A stretch of 64,000 bases of DNA from an uncultured delta proteobacterium (GTDB taxonomy: Bacteria; Myxococcota_A; Polyangia; Fen-1088): the NCBI GenBank assembly GCA_963796685.1, contig CAWCMR010000022.1, forward strand, positions 64,001-128,000. The letters run 5' to 3'. Positions 53,515-63,911 of this stretch are shown in pieces (positions within the stretch are counted from its first letter, which is position 1; each line of letters begins with the position of its first letter). Below the pieces are notes generated by a model, which searched no databases, was not told the DNA's origin, and saw nothing but the letters and a program-made list of their open reading frames with translations. Both the position numbers and the translations under genes were made by a program.

Positions 53515-54111
53515 CTATTCACTTGGAACTGAAGTGACGGCCCGAGGAAAGACGATGAGCGCCAGTTGGTCAGCTCTTGCCCACTCGGTCGCAAAGCCGT
53601 CGCGGCTGTTCACGCGTAGGCCGTGCGCCGGATCGAGCGTGAGAATGCGTTGCCGCTGGCGGTTGATCCCCACCACGACCTCGTAGTGGGGATAGTAGCG
53701 GAAAAGGTAGCGCTTCATCATGCCGACCAGGACGGGACGGTGTCGCTGAATCTCGCGGTCTAGGTCGCCCTGTCGGCCTTGAATGAGGAAGGCCTGAAGA
53801 CCCTTCCTGCGAGCGAAGTCGCGGAGAGCCGCAGCAGGAATGCCCCGTTCGGGGGCGGGTGGGTTGGCGGCGACGACCTCGGCGCCCGTAACCGGGTACC
53901 CCCAGCGTTGGAGAACCATGGCCAGGGCTGCGGCACCGCAGTCCTCGCGTGTCACTTGGCGCACGTCGGGGACCGCCTCGACTACCTGCCATCCGCCCTC
54001 GCGCGCCAATTGCGACGGCGTGGTCGTCCTGGCGGAGCCCAGATAGCAACCGCTCGCCAGGACGAGCCCGACTAGCGCAAGGCGCCCCGGGCATCGATCG
54101 GGTAGCCTCAT
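53515..54111 (-). CDS. Stand-alone C39-family cysteine peptidase lipoprotein
   Basis: LASGC lipobox; RQVTREDCGAAALAMVL, HYEVVVG, LDPAHG; no ABC domain. Confidence 0.88.
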   Translation of the reverse strand: MRLPDRCPGRLALVGLVLASGCYLGSARTTTPSQLAREGGWQVVEAVPDVRQVTREDCGAAALAMVLQRWGYPVTGAEVVAANPPAPERGIPAAALRDFARRKGLQAFLIQGRQGDLDREIQRHRPVLVGMMKRYLFRYYPHYEVVVGINRQRQRILTLDPAHGLRVNSRDGFATEWARADQLALIVFPRAVTSVPSE

Positions 54112-54146
54112 GCGGGTAGCCTCATGCTGCTTGCCAATGCCGGAAG

Positions 54147-54461
54147 CTAGCGCACGAGCAGGATGACTACCACCACCAGCAACGTCACGACAAGTGCGCC
54201 GGTACCGATGTAGATTCCGCCGCCACCGCCCGCAAAGCCGGCGAGCTGGGGAGCCGCCCTCTCCCGCGCGGCGTAGTCCGATGTGCTGCCTGGGTAGTCC
54301 GGTGTGCTGCCCTGAGAGACATCAAGCTGCGCCGGCTTGGCAAGCTCATTGCCAGGGACATTGTTTATCGCGACCTGGGGCGCTCCCATGGGTTCAGCAT
54401 GAGCGAAGGCCGGAACGCAAGATAGCGCCACGAGCAACGCGCCTATGATGAGCCTCTTCAT
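54147..54461 (-). CDS. Small secreted protein with Gly-Gly motif and C-terminal hydrophobic helix
   Basis: MKRLIIGALLVALSCVPAFAHA signal; YAARERAAPQLAGFAGG-GGGIYIGTGALVVTLLVVVVILLVR. Confidence 0.8.
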   Translation of the reverse strand: MKRLIIGALLVALSCVPAFAHAEPMGAPQVAINNVPGNELAKPAQLDVSQGSTPDYPGSTSDYAARERAAPQLAGFAGGGGGIYIGTGALVVTLLVVVVILLVR

Positions 54462-54525
54462 GGAATGTCCCTCCGACACTGGACCAGGCGACTCGACAAA
54501 ACTACTGGCATCGTCCAAAGCATGT

Positions 54526-54852
54526 TCATGCCTCTTTCGTCTGACGTTTGGCGCGTTCGACCTTGGGATCGGTAGAATGCGATTTTGCTGTGTGAAGGGC
54601 TGCCAACTGGCCTTGGATCTTCGTCCAGGTGTCTTTGTGAACCGCTCTTCTGAGTAGCACGCGCCCCATGGGTGGGGTCGTCGCGAGCGCACTCCGGACG
54701 CCTTGTTCGAGATCCTCCAAGTCGATATACTCCTCACCCTCGAGCGGACGAACCGCTGTTTCGGCAGTGCTTACGGAAGCGACTTCGCCGTCGGACAGCA
54801 GCATCAAGATACTCTCGCGGGTTACGTGCTCTGCTCTTGCATCGGTGTTCAT
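54526..54852 (-). CDS. Conserved hypothetical protein
   Basis: GGAG RBS; TRESILMLLSDGEVASVSTAE..GEEYIDLEDLEQGV..TWTKI. Confidence 0.75.
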   Translation of the reverse strand: MNTDARAEHVTRESILMLLSDGEVASVSTAETAVRPLEGEEYIDLEDLEQGVRSALATTPPMGRVLLRRAVHKDTWTKIQGQLAALHTAKSHSTDPKVERAKRQTKEA

Positions 54853-54918
54853 GGCATTCTCCAATCAAGGAAATCAATCATGGGTTCAGGTAGATCTTCA
54901 TCTGCGACGGCTCTCCGT

Positions 54919-55443
54919 TCACGGGGCATGTGTCGCCAGCAAGGAAGCGCCGGTCGTCCCGAGAACGACGTGTGCGTGCTCGATCATCTCGGCGCTGCCG
55001 CGCGCGAGCACGAGGAATTTCCCGGCCTTGACGTCGAGCTCATACTTCACGATGCTGTCTTTGGGGATCCCGATGCTTGTCAGCGCCGCAGCGAAGACAC
55101 CTGCCGCGCCACCGATGGCGGCACCCTCCAGTGCACCGACAATCCATCCCACCAGCGGGCCCATCACAACCAGCGGGCCGAGGACGGGAATGAAGAAGAA
55201 GGCGCCACCGAACAGGAGTCCCCAGAGGCTTCCCCAAAACGCCCCACGGACGCCCCAAAACTTCATGCGGTCGCCCGAGGTGTAGAAACCGAGGGCATGT
55301 TCCTCTGTGTGATAGTCCTGGCCGATGATCGACAGTCGCTTCATGTCGAGCCCCGCTTTCTGAAGATCCCTCAAGGCGGCTTCAGCGCCGGTATGCGAGT
55401 CATAGATAGCGACGATTGAGTGTTCCTGTGTGCTTGGAGTCAT
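54919..55443 (-). CDS. General stress membrane protein (YflT/DUF1269-like)
   Basis: VAIYDSHTGAEAAL..LSIIGQD..GAFWGSLWGLLFG..LTSIGIP..YELDVKAGKFLV. Confidence 0.85.
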   Translation of the reverse strand: MTPSTQEHSIVAIYDSHTGAEAALRDLQKAGLDMKRLSIIGQDYHTEEHALGFYTSGDRMKFWGVRGAFWGSLWGLLFGGAFFFIPVLGPLVVMGPLVGWIVGALEGAAIGGAAGVFAAALTSIGIPKDSIVKYELDVKAGKFLVLARGSAEMIEHAHVVLGTTGASLLATHAP

Positions 55444-55470
55444 GGTGTTTGTTTTCCTCCTTCGAATGAC

Positions 55471-57981
55471 CTACCTCTGCCAAAGCATCCATCCCGCCCC
55501 CGGATCTTGTGCGAGGGAGTCGTGCTTCGCCATGATGCGCGCCGTATAGTCCGCTGCCGGACGTGCGGAAGAGACTGTGGCACGGTAGTCGTACGCGTCC
55601 GAAGCGTTCCCTTCTCGCCGTGTGCCTGTCATTGCTTGTTTCACGGCGCCGCCGGCCTGGTCGCCGTCGGCATAGAGCTCGACGCAAACCGAGTCCGGAC
55701 TGACATCGTTCAGGAACACCTCGACCGCGATGTGGTGCTCCCCCCCTTGGGTCAGGACAGTGACGGCACCAAAACGGATGGCGGCCAGTTTCTGCGCCAG
55801 CGTGTTTTGGCCGTCGAGGAGCTTCCGAGTGGCGGCACCTTTGTCCGCCACCTGGCTGCGATAGGCGGTTGCTGCAGGAAGATAGTGTTGCTCTGTGTAT
55901 TCGCGCACCGCGCGGCTGGCGGAAAACCTGGGCGTCAGGCGCGCCATGCTTTCCCGCATGCGTGCGATCCACGCCGTGGGAATTCCTTTGTCGGTGCGTG
56001 CGAAGAATTCCGGAATCACCTCCTGTTCGAGCATCTCGTAAAGCGCCTCGGCCTCGGATGCGTCCCAGGCCGGATTGTCGCCATGCTCGTTGCCGTCTCC
56101 CAAAGCCCAGCCGAGCACCGGCTTATAGGCCTCGGCCCACCAGCCGTCGAGCTCGGAGATGTTGACACCGCCATTGACCAACACCTTCATACCGCTCGTG
56201 CCGCTGGCTTCCCACGGTCGCCGAGGTGTGTTGATCCACACGTCGACCCCTTGCGCCATGCGTTCGGCCAATAACATGTCGTAGTCGGCCAAGAAGAACA
56301 CCGGCACGCTTCCATCGCCACGACCGATGAATTGCGTCCATTCCTGAATCAGGGCCTGGCCGGCTTGGTCAGCCGGATGTGCCTTGCCCGCGAGAATGAG
56401 CTGGATGGGACGTTCCGGGTGATTGAGGATGCCGAGCAGGCGGTTGATGTCGTGGAGAAGAAGATTGGGCCTCTTGTAGGTCGCGAATCGTCGCGCAAAA
56501 CCCAGGGTCATGACCTCGGGATCCAGCCGCGCTTGGCTTCGGGCGATGGCCGCGGGCAGGGCTCCGACGGCGGCCATCTGGCGACCGATGCCTTCGCGGG
56601 CATATTCCACGAGCAGCCTGCGACTCGTGTTGCGCATGGCCCACAACTTCTCGTCCGAAACCAGGCGGAGATCTGCCTCGAGGGTAGTCGACGTACCCAT
56701 CCAGCGACTCTTGCCACAGGCGTCGGTCCAAACTTCGTCGGCCGCCGCCGAATCCCATGTCGGCATGTGCACGCCGTTGGTTACGTGACCGACCGGAACC
56801 TCGCTCTCCGGCCAGCGAGGGAAGAGCGGCGCGAAGATATGCCGGCTCACCTGACCGTGCAACCGGCTGACGGCATTGACGCCCCCACATCCACGCATCG
56901 CAAGGTAGGCCATGTTGAAGGGCTCGCGCGCGTCCGATGGGTCCTTGCGCCCCAAGGCCAAGAGCTCGTGCAGGGAAAGACCCAATTCCTGCAGTGCATA
57001 CTGTCCGAGGTACTGCTCGATCAAGGCCGGAGGGAAGAGGTCGAAGCCCGCACTCACTGCGGTGTGCGTGGTGAAGAGATTTCCGGCCCGCGTAGCCGCC
57101 AGCGCCACCGCGAACGGATTCCCATTCTCCTGCATGAAAGCGCGGGCACGTTCCAGCAAGGCGAAGGCCGCATGCCCTTCATTGAGATGGCAGACCTCCG
57201 GCTTGATCCCGAGCGCATCGAGCAAACGCCAGCCGCCAAGCCCGAGCACGATCTCCTGCTTCAAGCGCAACTCCGCGCCGCCACCGTAGAGCTCGCCGGT
57301 GATTCCACGGTGAATAGGAGCATTGGCCGCATCATTCGAGTCGAGCAGGTACAGTTTTCGCCGACCCACCTGGACCTGCCAGGTGCGCAGCCAAACCGGA
57401 GAGCCGGGTAACTCGATCTTCAGGCGCAGCCGTTCGCCGTTCGGCTGATACACAGGGGTGATCGGGAGCTGTCCTGGATCATTGGACGGATACAGCGCTT
57501 GCTGAGCCCCGTTGCGATCGATAACCTGGCGGAAATAGCCGTGCTGGTAGAGCAAGCCGATGCCGACCACCGGAACACCGAGATCGCTGGCGGCCTTCAG
57601 TTGATCTCCCGCCACGTTACCAAGCCCGCCCGAATAGATCGGGAGCGCTTCGCTCAGCATGAATTCCATGCAGAAGTAGGCGACGCACGAAAGGGGTGTC
57701 TGGGGATATCTCTCTTGAAACCAGGCCGGCTCCGTCGACGACTGGCGTTTGGCCTGCACCAGGCGGTCCAGCGCTTGGCAGAAGTCGGGATCGGCAAGAG
57801 CGCTCGCGAGCTTGTCACGCGCGACGTTTTGAAGAACCGCGTTCGGGTGACGGGTCAGCGCCCATAGCTCGGGGTCAAGCCTTTGCCACAATTCATCCGA
57901 GCTGTGGTTCCACGACCAGCGTAGATCCATGGCCAGCTCGGTCAGAGCGTCCATGCCTTGTGGTAGGGGAGAAGCGGTCAA
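55471..57981 (-). CDS. glgP: Alpha-glucan phosphorylase (GT35)
   Basis: AYFCMEF, YSGGLGNVAGD, HLNEGH, FARRFATYKR, AGKAHPAD, EASGTSGMK, LDGWWAE. Confidence 0.95.
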   Translation of the reverse strand: MTASPLPQGMDALTELAMDLRWSWNHSSDELWQRLDPELWALTRHPNAVLQNVARDKLASALADPDFCQALDRLVQAKRQSSTEPAWFQERYPQTPLSCVAYFCMEFMLSEALPIYSGGLGNVAGDQLKAASDLGVPVVGIGLLYQHGYFRQVIDRNGAQQALYPSNDPGQLPITPVYQPNGERLRLKIELPGSPVWLRTWQVQVGRRKLYLLDSNDAANAPIHRGITGELYGGGAELRLKQEIVLGLGGWRLLDALGIKPEVCHLNEGHAAFALLERARAFMQENGNPFAVALAATRAGNLFTTHTAVSAGFDLFPPALIEQYLGQYALQELGLSLHELLALGRKDPSDAREPFNMAYLAMRGCGGVNAVSRLHGQVSRHIFAPLFPRWPESEVPVGHVTNGVHMPTWDSAAADEVWTDACGKSRWMGTSTTLEADLRLVSDEKLWAMRNTSRRLLVEYAREGIGRQMAAVGALPAAIARSQARLDPEVMTLGFARRFATYKRPNLLLHDINRLLGILNHPERPIQLILAGKAHPADQAGQALIQEWTQFIGRGDGSVPVFFLADYDMLLAERMAQGVDVWINTPRRPWEASGTSGMKVLVNGGVNISELDGWWAEAYKPVLGWALGDGNEHGDNPAWDASEAEALYEMLEQEVIPEFFARTDKGIPTAWIARMRESMARLTPRFSASRAVREYTEQHYLPAATAYRSQVADKGAATRKLLDGQNTLAQKLAAIRFGAVTVLTQGGEHHIAVEVFLNDVSPDSVCVELYADGDQAGGAVKQAMTGTRREGNASDAYDYRATVSSARPAADYTARIMAKHDSLAQDPGAGWMLWQR

Positions 57982-58745
57982 ACGTGCCCTCCTGCGCGCT
58001 CTTCCAGGGCCGGCTTGGCCAGCTCATGATCCGCAGTCTTCTCGATGTCCGCCTTGGAAAGCGTCACGTAGACTTTCGATTCCTTGTAGCTGATTCGCTT
58101 TACCTTGTCCGTCGGGATCCGGATCTCCTTGCCCGAATACCAGTGGCCCGCTTCGACGACCAGCTCGTGGATCGCCCAGCTTCGGTCGTCGACGAGGAAC
58201 CCGGTCACGTGGCCGATCTGTCCGTCAACCGTCTCCATGGCGTAGCCGGTTACTTCCCGAGCGCTGTGGAGATGCTTATCGCCTTTGTCGCGGTGTCTCT
58301 CGACGGCCTCCACCTCCTGTTTCGAATGCGGCAGGATCACCGGGTATCCGCCCAGTCCCCATATCGCCCCGCCATCCCAGTAAGCTGGCCAGCCGTAGTA
58401 GCTGTAATAGTCGGCCTCGTACTGTCGCGAAACCGGCTTGTGGGACTCGATCGAGGGACTATCCTGGATCTGCATTTTACGCAGATTGATGTGCATTGTC
58501 TTTTCCCCCTGGTCTAGCTTGCCAAAAGCATGAGGAGAGAGCAGGACCAGTCGACCGGTCAGCCAGGATCCCGTGTCCGCAACCGCATAGCGGATCACCC
58601 AGTGCTTGTCCTCGAAGTAGAAGTCCCTGATCTGGCCAATGTCACCATCCAGGGCCACGAGCTTGTCACCGTAAAGCTCGGTGGTGTTTTCGAGATGCGA
58701 GTCAGAAAATGCAACGGTGGGGTACTTTTCCGTGGTCCGAGTCAT
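57978..58745 (-). CDS. Tandem PRC-barrel domain protein
   Basis: DGDIGQIRDFYFEDKHWVIRY..DTGSWL; second DGQIGHVTGFLVDDRSWAI. Confidence 0.88.
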   Translation of the reverse strand: MTRTTEKYPTVAFSDSHLENTTELYGDKLVALDGDIGQIRDFYFEDKHWVIRYAVADTGSWLTGRLVLLSPHAFGKLDQGEKTMHINLRKMQIQDSPSIESHKPVSRQYEADYYSYYGWPAYWDGGAIWGLGGYPVILPHSKQEVEAVERHRDKGDKHLHSAREVTGYAMETVDGQIGHVTGFLVDDRSWAIHELVVEAGHWYSGKEIRIPTDKVKRISYKESKVYVTLSKADIEKTADHELAKPALEERAGGHV

Positions 58746-58780
58746 GTGCGCTCCTTGCATCTAGGTCTTCACCGACCTAC

Positions 58781-58893
58781 AGCAGGTTTCGGGCCATCAT
58801 CGGTCGGCAATGAATTCAGGAGCTTGCACGGAGGATGTCTCTTTTCGCCGGCCTGTTCCATCAACGTGACGTACCTCTTCCATCAAATCGAAG
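58781..58893 (-). promoter_or_regulatory. Sigma54 promoter P5 with IHF-like box and enhancer pair
   Basis: TGGCCCGAAACCTGCT (58796-58781); TTCAGGAGCTTG 58815; CCATCAACGTGACG 58858; CCATCAAATCGAAG 58880. Confidence 0.82.
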
Positions 58894-58966
58894 GACCGTC
58901 GGCACGTCGCGCCGGTCCCCGACATCCTAGAGAGCGACCAGCAAGGGTGCGCAGGTCGCGTTGCAT

Positions 58967-58982
58967 GGGCACAATTGATGCA
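58967..58982 (+). promoter_or_regulatory. Possible divergent sigma54 promoter
   Basis: GGGCACAATTGATGCA, GG-N10-GC. Confidence 0.45.
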
Positions 58983-59022
58983 ACGTCTTCCGCTCATGAA
59001 AAGAGACTCGTCGATGGACGTT

Positions 59023-59217
59023 ATGGTCAGAAAGACCAAAACTGGCCGGGGAAGGCGACTGGCGATCGTGGCGGCTGCCGTGCTTGTTGTCGCTGGTCTC
59101 ATCGGGGTAGTGGTCGCCGGATTCCGAGGTAGGCGGACAAAACAGGATGCCGCAGCAATGACGACACCTGCAGCGGCACCGGCTAAGACCGGGTGGCGGC
59201 CATGGTGGTTGCAATGA
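59023..59217 (+). CDS. Small single-TM protein
   Basis: Basic N-terminus, LAIVAAAVLVVAGLIGVVVAG, ends GWRPWWLQ; start uncertain. Confidence 0.5.
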   Translation: MVRKTKTGRGRRLAIVAAAVLVVAGLIGVVVAGFRGRRTKQDAAAMTTPAAAPAKTGWRPWWLQ

Positions 59218-61776
59218 CCTGCGCCCGTAAGGAATGGGAATCGCGGCACCTCGCGCGCGGCCCAGGACATGCATCGGCCGATTGCTCGTCATTTTCAGCA
59301 CCTGGCGACATCCAAATCAACTCTCCCAATCCCTTCCATGACAAGCGAGACCTCAGCCCTTTCGATGTCAGAGCATTCCCCTCTTGGCGCGTCTAGACGT
59401 TGGGATTCACCCCTTGGAACTTACGCTTTGATTGAAAGTTGGTAGAACCATGATCGACAGACCAGCAGACAGCGCTCGACCCTTGGTGCCCGCGAGCGAG
59501 AAGAACGGAGTTGCCGGAGTCTCTGGAATACTCAGGCGATGGCATCCGCTAAGGCCGCTCATCATCGCAGCGGTCGTACTCATCGCTCTTTTGACGACAA
59601 CCCTCGGCTATATTCAGAACGGCCTATGGATGCAGCAACTCGGCTACACTGGCATATTCTGGAAGCTTCTCTTCTTGCGCTGGGGGTTGTCCTCCGCAGC
59701 CTTTGTCGTCGTCTTTCTATATCTATGGATCAATGTTCGTCTCGCGGCCCAAAACAGCGGGATATACCGTGTGGGTCTGTCAAACGACTCCACCGCCCTC
59801 GCGAAGCTCGACATCAAGATCTCTGCCACGGCCTTCAGGGTTGCGACCTACGTGATCGCCGCCGCCGCCGCGCTGGTCTTCGCCCATATCTTCTACGGGC
59901 AATGGGATACGTACCTTCGACTTCGCTACGGGGGGGCGTTCGGGCTATCCGACCCGCTCTTCGGGGTCGAGCTTGGATACTATATCTTCCGCCTTCCCCT
60001 CTATGAGCTACTGCAGGGAAGTCTCTCCGTATTGGCGTTGATCACGGTCCTGCTTGTCGCCTTACTCTACGGATATTCCGGGTCGCTGCGCGCCGGTCAA
60101 GCCGGACAAATGGCGAGTAGTCGTACCAAGGCCGTTTCACACCTGTCCCTGCTGTCGTTCGTGCTGGTTGCCGCCTGGGGCTGGGGTTTCTACTTGGACC
60201 ACTATGAGCTTCTCTACTCCAGCCTGGGAGTCGTCTACGGGGCCGGCTATACGGCCGACCGAGTGACCAGGCTCGCTTACTGGATCATGACCGGCGCCGC
60301 CGCCGCGCTCTGTGCGCTGCTGGTGCTCACGGTCTTTCGACCCCGATTCAAAGTGATGGCCATTGGCGCTGCTGTCTACGTAGGCTTGTACTGCGTCGCA
60401 GTGTGGATCATGCCGATGCTTTTCCAGAGATTCAAGGTGCAACCCAACGAGCTGGCTCTCGAAACTCCATATCTCAAGAACAACATAGATTTCACGCGTA
60501 AGGCGTTCGGTCTGGACGCGATTCAGGAAACAGCCTACCCGGCCTTGGCCGACCTGACACCAGAGGTGATCGCGAGAAATCAAGATACGATCCAAAACAT
60601 TCGGCTGTGGGACTACCGGCCCTTGCTTCAAATGTACCAACAGGCACAAGAGATACGGCTCTACTATCAGTTTTACGAGGTCGATGTGGACCGCTACCAT
60701 CTACAAGACGGTTATCATCAAGTGATGTTGTCCTCGCGCGAGCTCTCTCCCGAGCTTCCCGCGGAGGCCCAAACCTGGGTCAATAAGAAGTTGCAGTTCA
60801 CCCACGGTTACGGTTTGGCGATGAGCTTCGTATCGCAGACGACCGGAGGCGGTTTTCCACGGTACGTCATGGAGAACATACCACCCGAGTCTTCCTTCGG
60901 CCTGAACGCCAAGCAGCCATCGATTTACTACGGCGAGTCGATGCCGGGATATCGGATCGTCGCGACAAGCGTGAAAGAATTCGACTATCCCCAAGGGAAT
61001 AAGAATGTCTACACAAGCTATGACGGAAAGGGGGGCATTCGCCTAGACAGTTTGTGGAAGCGACTTCTATTCGCGTGGACCCAGTCGGACGTCAATATCC
61101 TGTTTACATCCTACCTCAAACCCGAGAGCAAGATTCAGATCTGGAGGCGTGTTCAGGAGCGAGTGCAGCAGATCGCGCCATTCTTGCGCCTCGACCGGGA
61201 TCCCTATGCCGTCGTGAGCGACGGGAAACAGTATTGGATACAGGACGCCTACACCGTCTCGGACCACTTCCCCTACTCGACGCCTCACGGATCGGCGTTC
61301 GAGGAAGTGATCAACTACATTCGAAACTCCGTCAAGGTGGTGGTGGACATGTACGACGGAACGGTCGCGTTCTACGTCATGGACCCCAAAGACCCCGTTC
61401 TAGGGGCCTATCGGCGTGCGTTTCCGGGCGTCTTCAAAGACCTGAATCAGCTTTCGGCAGATCTGAGGACACACTTGCGGTACGCGGAGGGTCTCTTCTC
61501 GATCCAGGCCGACCAGTACCGCACATTCCACATGACGGTTCCGCAGGTCTATTACAACCGCGAGGACCTCTGGGTGTTTCCCAACGAGGCATATGCGGGT
61601 GTGGTCGCGCCCATGCATCCCTACTACATTCTCATGAAGCTCCCGGGAAGTGACCGGCTCGAGTACCTTCTGATGACTCCGTTTACGCCTCAAAAGAGAA
61701 ACAACATGGTGTCCTGGCTGGCTGCCAGGTGCGATTTCCCCGAATACGGAAAGATGCTTTTCTACGAGCTTCCTAA

Positions 61777-63240
61777 CACTACTGATTGAAACACGAGATT
61801 CTCCGTCGGTGTTCAGTGGCATGTGCACCAGACGGTGTGGTCCATCGTCTTCGGTGACAAAGGGGACAGCGGGGCAACCACCTGGTCAGGACACGCGCGA
61901 CGGCCAAGCGCACGGTGATGAAGGAATCCGGGAAGTGCCGCTCCGGGCGAGTTGACGTTCGCACCGTCGTGACGATGCGGCGCTCTCCGCGTGGCGGCTT
62001 TTCCGGTCGAGGGGGGAAAAGCCCTGGAGCGCTCGGCAACGATAAACGCGAAGCAAACCAGCACGATGGAGACATGGTGGTTCCAGCCACGGAAGGAGCG
62101 CCCCTCGTAGTGGTCGAGTCCCAGCTCTCCCTTGGCGTCCTCATACACGCGCTCGGTGCGCCACCGCTGCTTGATCCGCCGGACGAGCTGCCGTCGGGTC
62201 ATGGTCGCCGGCAACGTGGCCGCGGTGAAGTCGGTCGGCCCCTCTTCACCGTCGGGCCATTCCATGACCAGCCAGACCGCCTCGCGCTTTGACGGGTCGA
62301 CCAAGTCGTCCTGTGCGAGCACGACACGCTCGACGGCGAAGCGCGACGACATCTTGCCCTTGGTTCCCTCCCGCCAGGTCACCCGCCGGAAGCCTTGCCG
62401 CCCGATGGCGATGGCGAGGTCGCCGACCGCCACGGGGCTACCGATACGCCGCCCGCGCGAGTCCAGGCGCCACACCGTCGTCGTACAGTGCAGGCCCACG
62501 GCGTAGTCCAGGCCCTCGCAACGCACGCGACGACGAAACTCGGCGTTGTCCCCATACGCGCTGTCGGCCAGCACCAGCCCCGTCGGTAACCCGTCCGCGA
62601 CCGCACGGTCAATCATTTCCACTCCCAGCTCGGGCTTGGTCTTGAACGTCACCTCGTCGGGGATGTGGGCCTCGGCCCGCCGCGAGGGATTCTCGGTCCA
62701 GCTCTCGGGCAGGTATAGCGCGAAGTCCACCGGCAGGTGCTCCGTTCGCGTGGCGATGGTCAAGCTGGCTGCCACCTGGCAATTCGCAATCTTGCCGAGG
62801 GTGCCGGAGTACTGTCGCTGCACGCCTACCGAGTGCGTGCCCTGCTTGGGGAAGCCGGTGTCGTCGATGATCCAGTCCGTGACCGGCCCCCGGGCCGTCA
62901 TCGCCGCCAGCGCGTAGCGCGCGGCCTCCCGGCGTACATCACGGTCGGACCACTCCGCGTCTCGGGTGAAGTAGGTCAGCCGCTGGTGTGCGGCATCCAC
63001 CAGCTCCGGGTCCGGGCAAGCCCGCGCCGCCATCGGTTCCGCACTCTTCCGCTCTCCGTCGCCCATCAAGCCCAAGGCATAGGTGGCAAACGACGCCCGC
63101 GACGGCGCCGTCCGCAAAACACCGCCGATTCGGTCGAAATAGGCGGCCAACCGACGCTCTCCCTTGCGATCAAGCTGGTATTCCATCCCCGATCTTTCGT
63201 CGATTTCTCGACGGACTGGCAAATTTCTCAATCAGTAGTG
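61777..63240 (-). mobile_element. IS701-family insertion sequence, 1464 bp
   Basis: 13-bp perfect terminal IRs CACTACTGATTGA (61777-61789; 63228-63240); CTAA target duplication at 61773-61776 and 63241-63244. Confidence 0.95.
61813..63186 (-). CDS. IS701 family DDE transposase
   Basis: ERKSAEPMA, IIDDTGFPKQGTHSVGVQRQYSGTLGKIANCQ, LYLPESW, ADSAYG, RWRTE..KGELGLDHYEGRSFRGWNHH. Confidence 0.95.
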   Translation of the reverse strand: MEYQLDRKGERRLAAYFDRIGGVLRTAPSRASFATYALGLMGDGERKSAEPMAARACPDPELVDAAHQRLTYFTRDAEWSDRDVRREAARYALAAMTARGPVTDWIIDDTGFPKQGTHSVGVQRQYSGTLGKIANCQVAASLTIATRTEHLPVDFALYLPESWTENPSRRAEAHIPDEVTFKTKPELGVEMIDRAVADGLPTGLVLADSAYGDNAEFRRRVRCEGLDYAVGLHCTTTVWRLDSRGRRIGSPVAVGDLAIAIGRQGFRRVTWREGTKGKMSSRFAVERVVLAQDDLVDPSKREAVWLVMEWPDGEEGPTDFTAATLPATMTRRQLVRRIKQRWRTERVYEDAKGELGLDHYEGRSFRGWNHHVSIVLVCFAFIVAERSRAFPPSTGKAATRRAPHRHDGANVNSPGAALPGFLHHRALGRRACPDQVVAPLSPLSPKTMDHTVWCTCH

Positions 63241-63798
63241 CTAAGGACAAGCTGGTCTACGGCCCGATGCAAATCGAGGCAATGATCGACCAGAACACGA
63301 CGATCGCGCAACAATTGACCTTGTGGGACCAGAAGGGGTCGAGAGTGATTCGAGGGAATCTCATCGCGGTGCCGATTGAGAACTCCTTTCTGTATGTGGT
63401 ACCAGTCTACCTTACGGCGGAGGGTACCGATTTCCCTCAGCTCAAACGGGTCATCGTGATTTCCGGCAACAAGGTGGCGATGGAGCCGACGCTTGATGAG
63501 GCAATTCAAGCCGTCTTCGGGACCGGGCAACCTCCACGGACCGGGCAGTTGCCGCAAGAACATCCGGAATTGGCTCAGGCGAGAACGCAATTCGAAGAAG
63601 CACAAAGATCGATGAAACAGGGAGACTGGCGAGATTTCGGCAAGGCGATGGATGCGCTGAAGAGCATGTTTGCCGTGTCTGCGAAATCGGCAGTCCACAA
63701 TTGAGTCTGGTGGACCGACGCATCGACGCCCCTTGAGAAGGCCGGGGCGTGACAGCAGACGACGACGCCTTGTGCGGTCGAAAGATCCGACCACTTCC

Positions 63799-63911
63799 TT
63801 TCAAATTGATGGCTTGAGTGCTCCATTTTGATTGGTTCGACCACATGTCTGGATATGTGCGGGTGCAAGTATTTGAACTTACAGCACCTCGCGCGCGGCC
63901 CAGGTTCTGCA
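63799..63911 (+). promoter_or_regulatory. Sigma54 promoter P6 with IHF-like box and enhancer pair, for a gene starting at or past the window edge
   Basis: TTTCAAATTGATGG 63799; CTCCATTTTGATTG 63821; CAAGTATTTGAA 63866; CGGCCCAGGTTCTGCA 63896-63911. Confidence 0.75.

Larger units (their letters stand above)
59450..63704 (+). pseudogene. UPF0182 family membrane protein interrupted by an IS701-family element
   Basis: DPLFG..YYIFRLP, GAGYTAD, NIRLWD, DVDRY, FTHGYG, NYIRNSVK; removing the IS restores YELP-KDKLVYGPMQIE..VIRGNL..PQLKRVIV. Confidence 0.93.
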
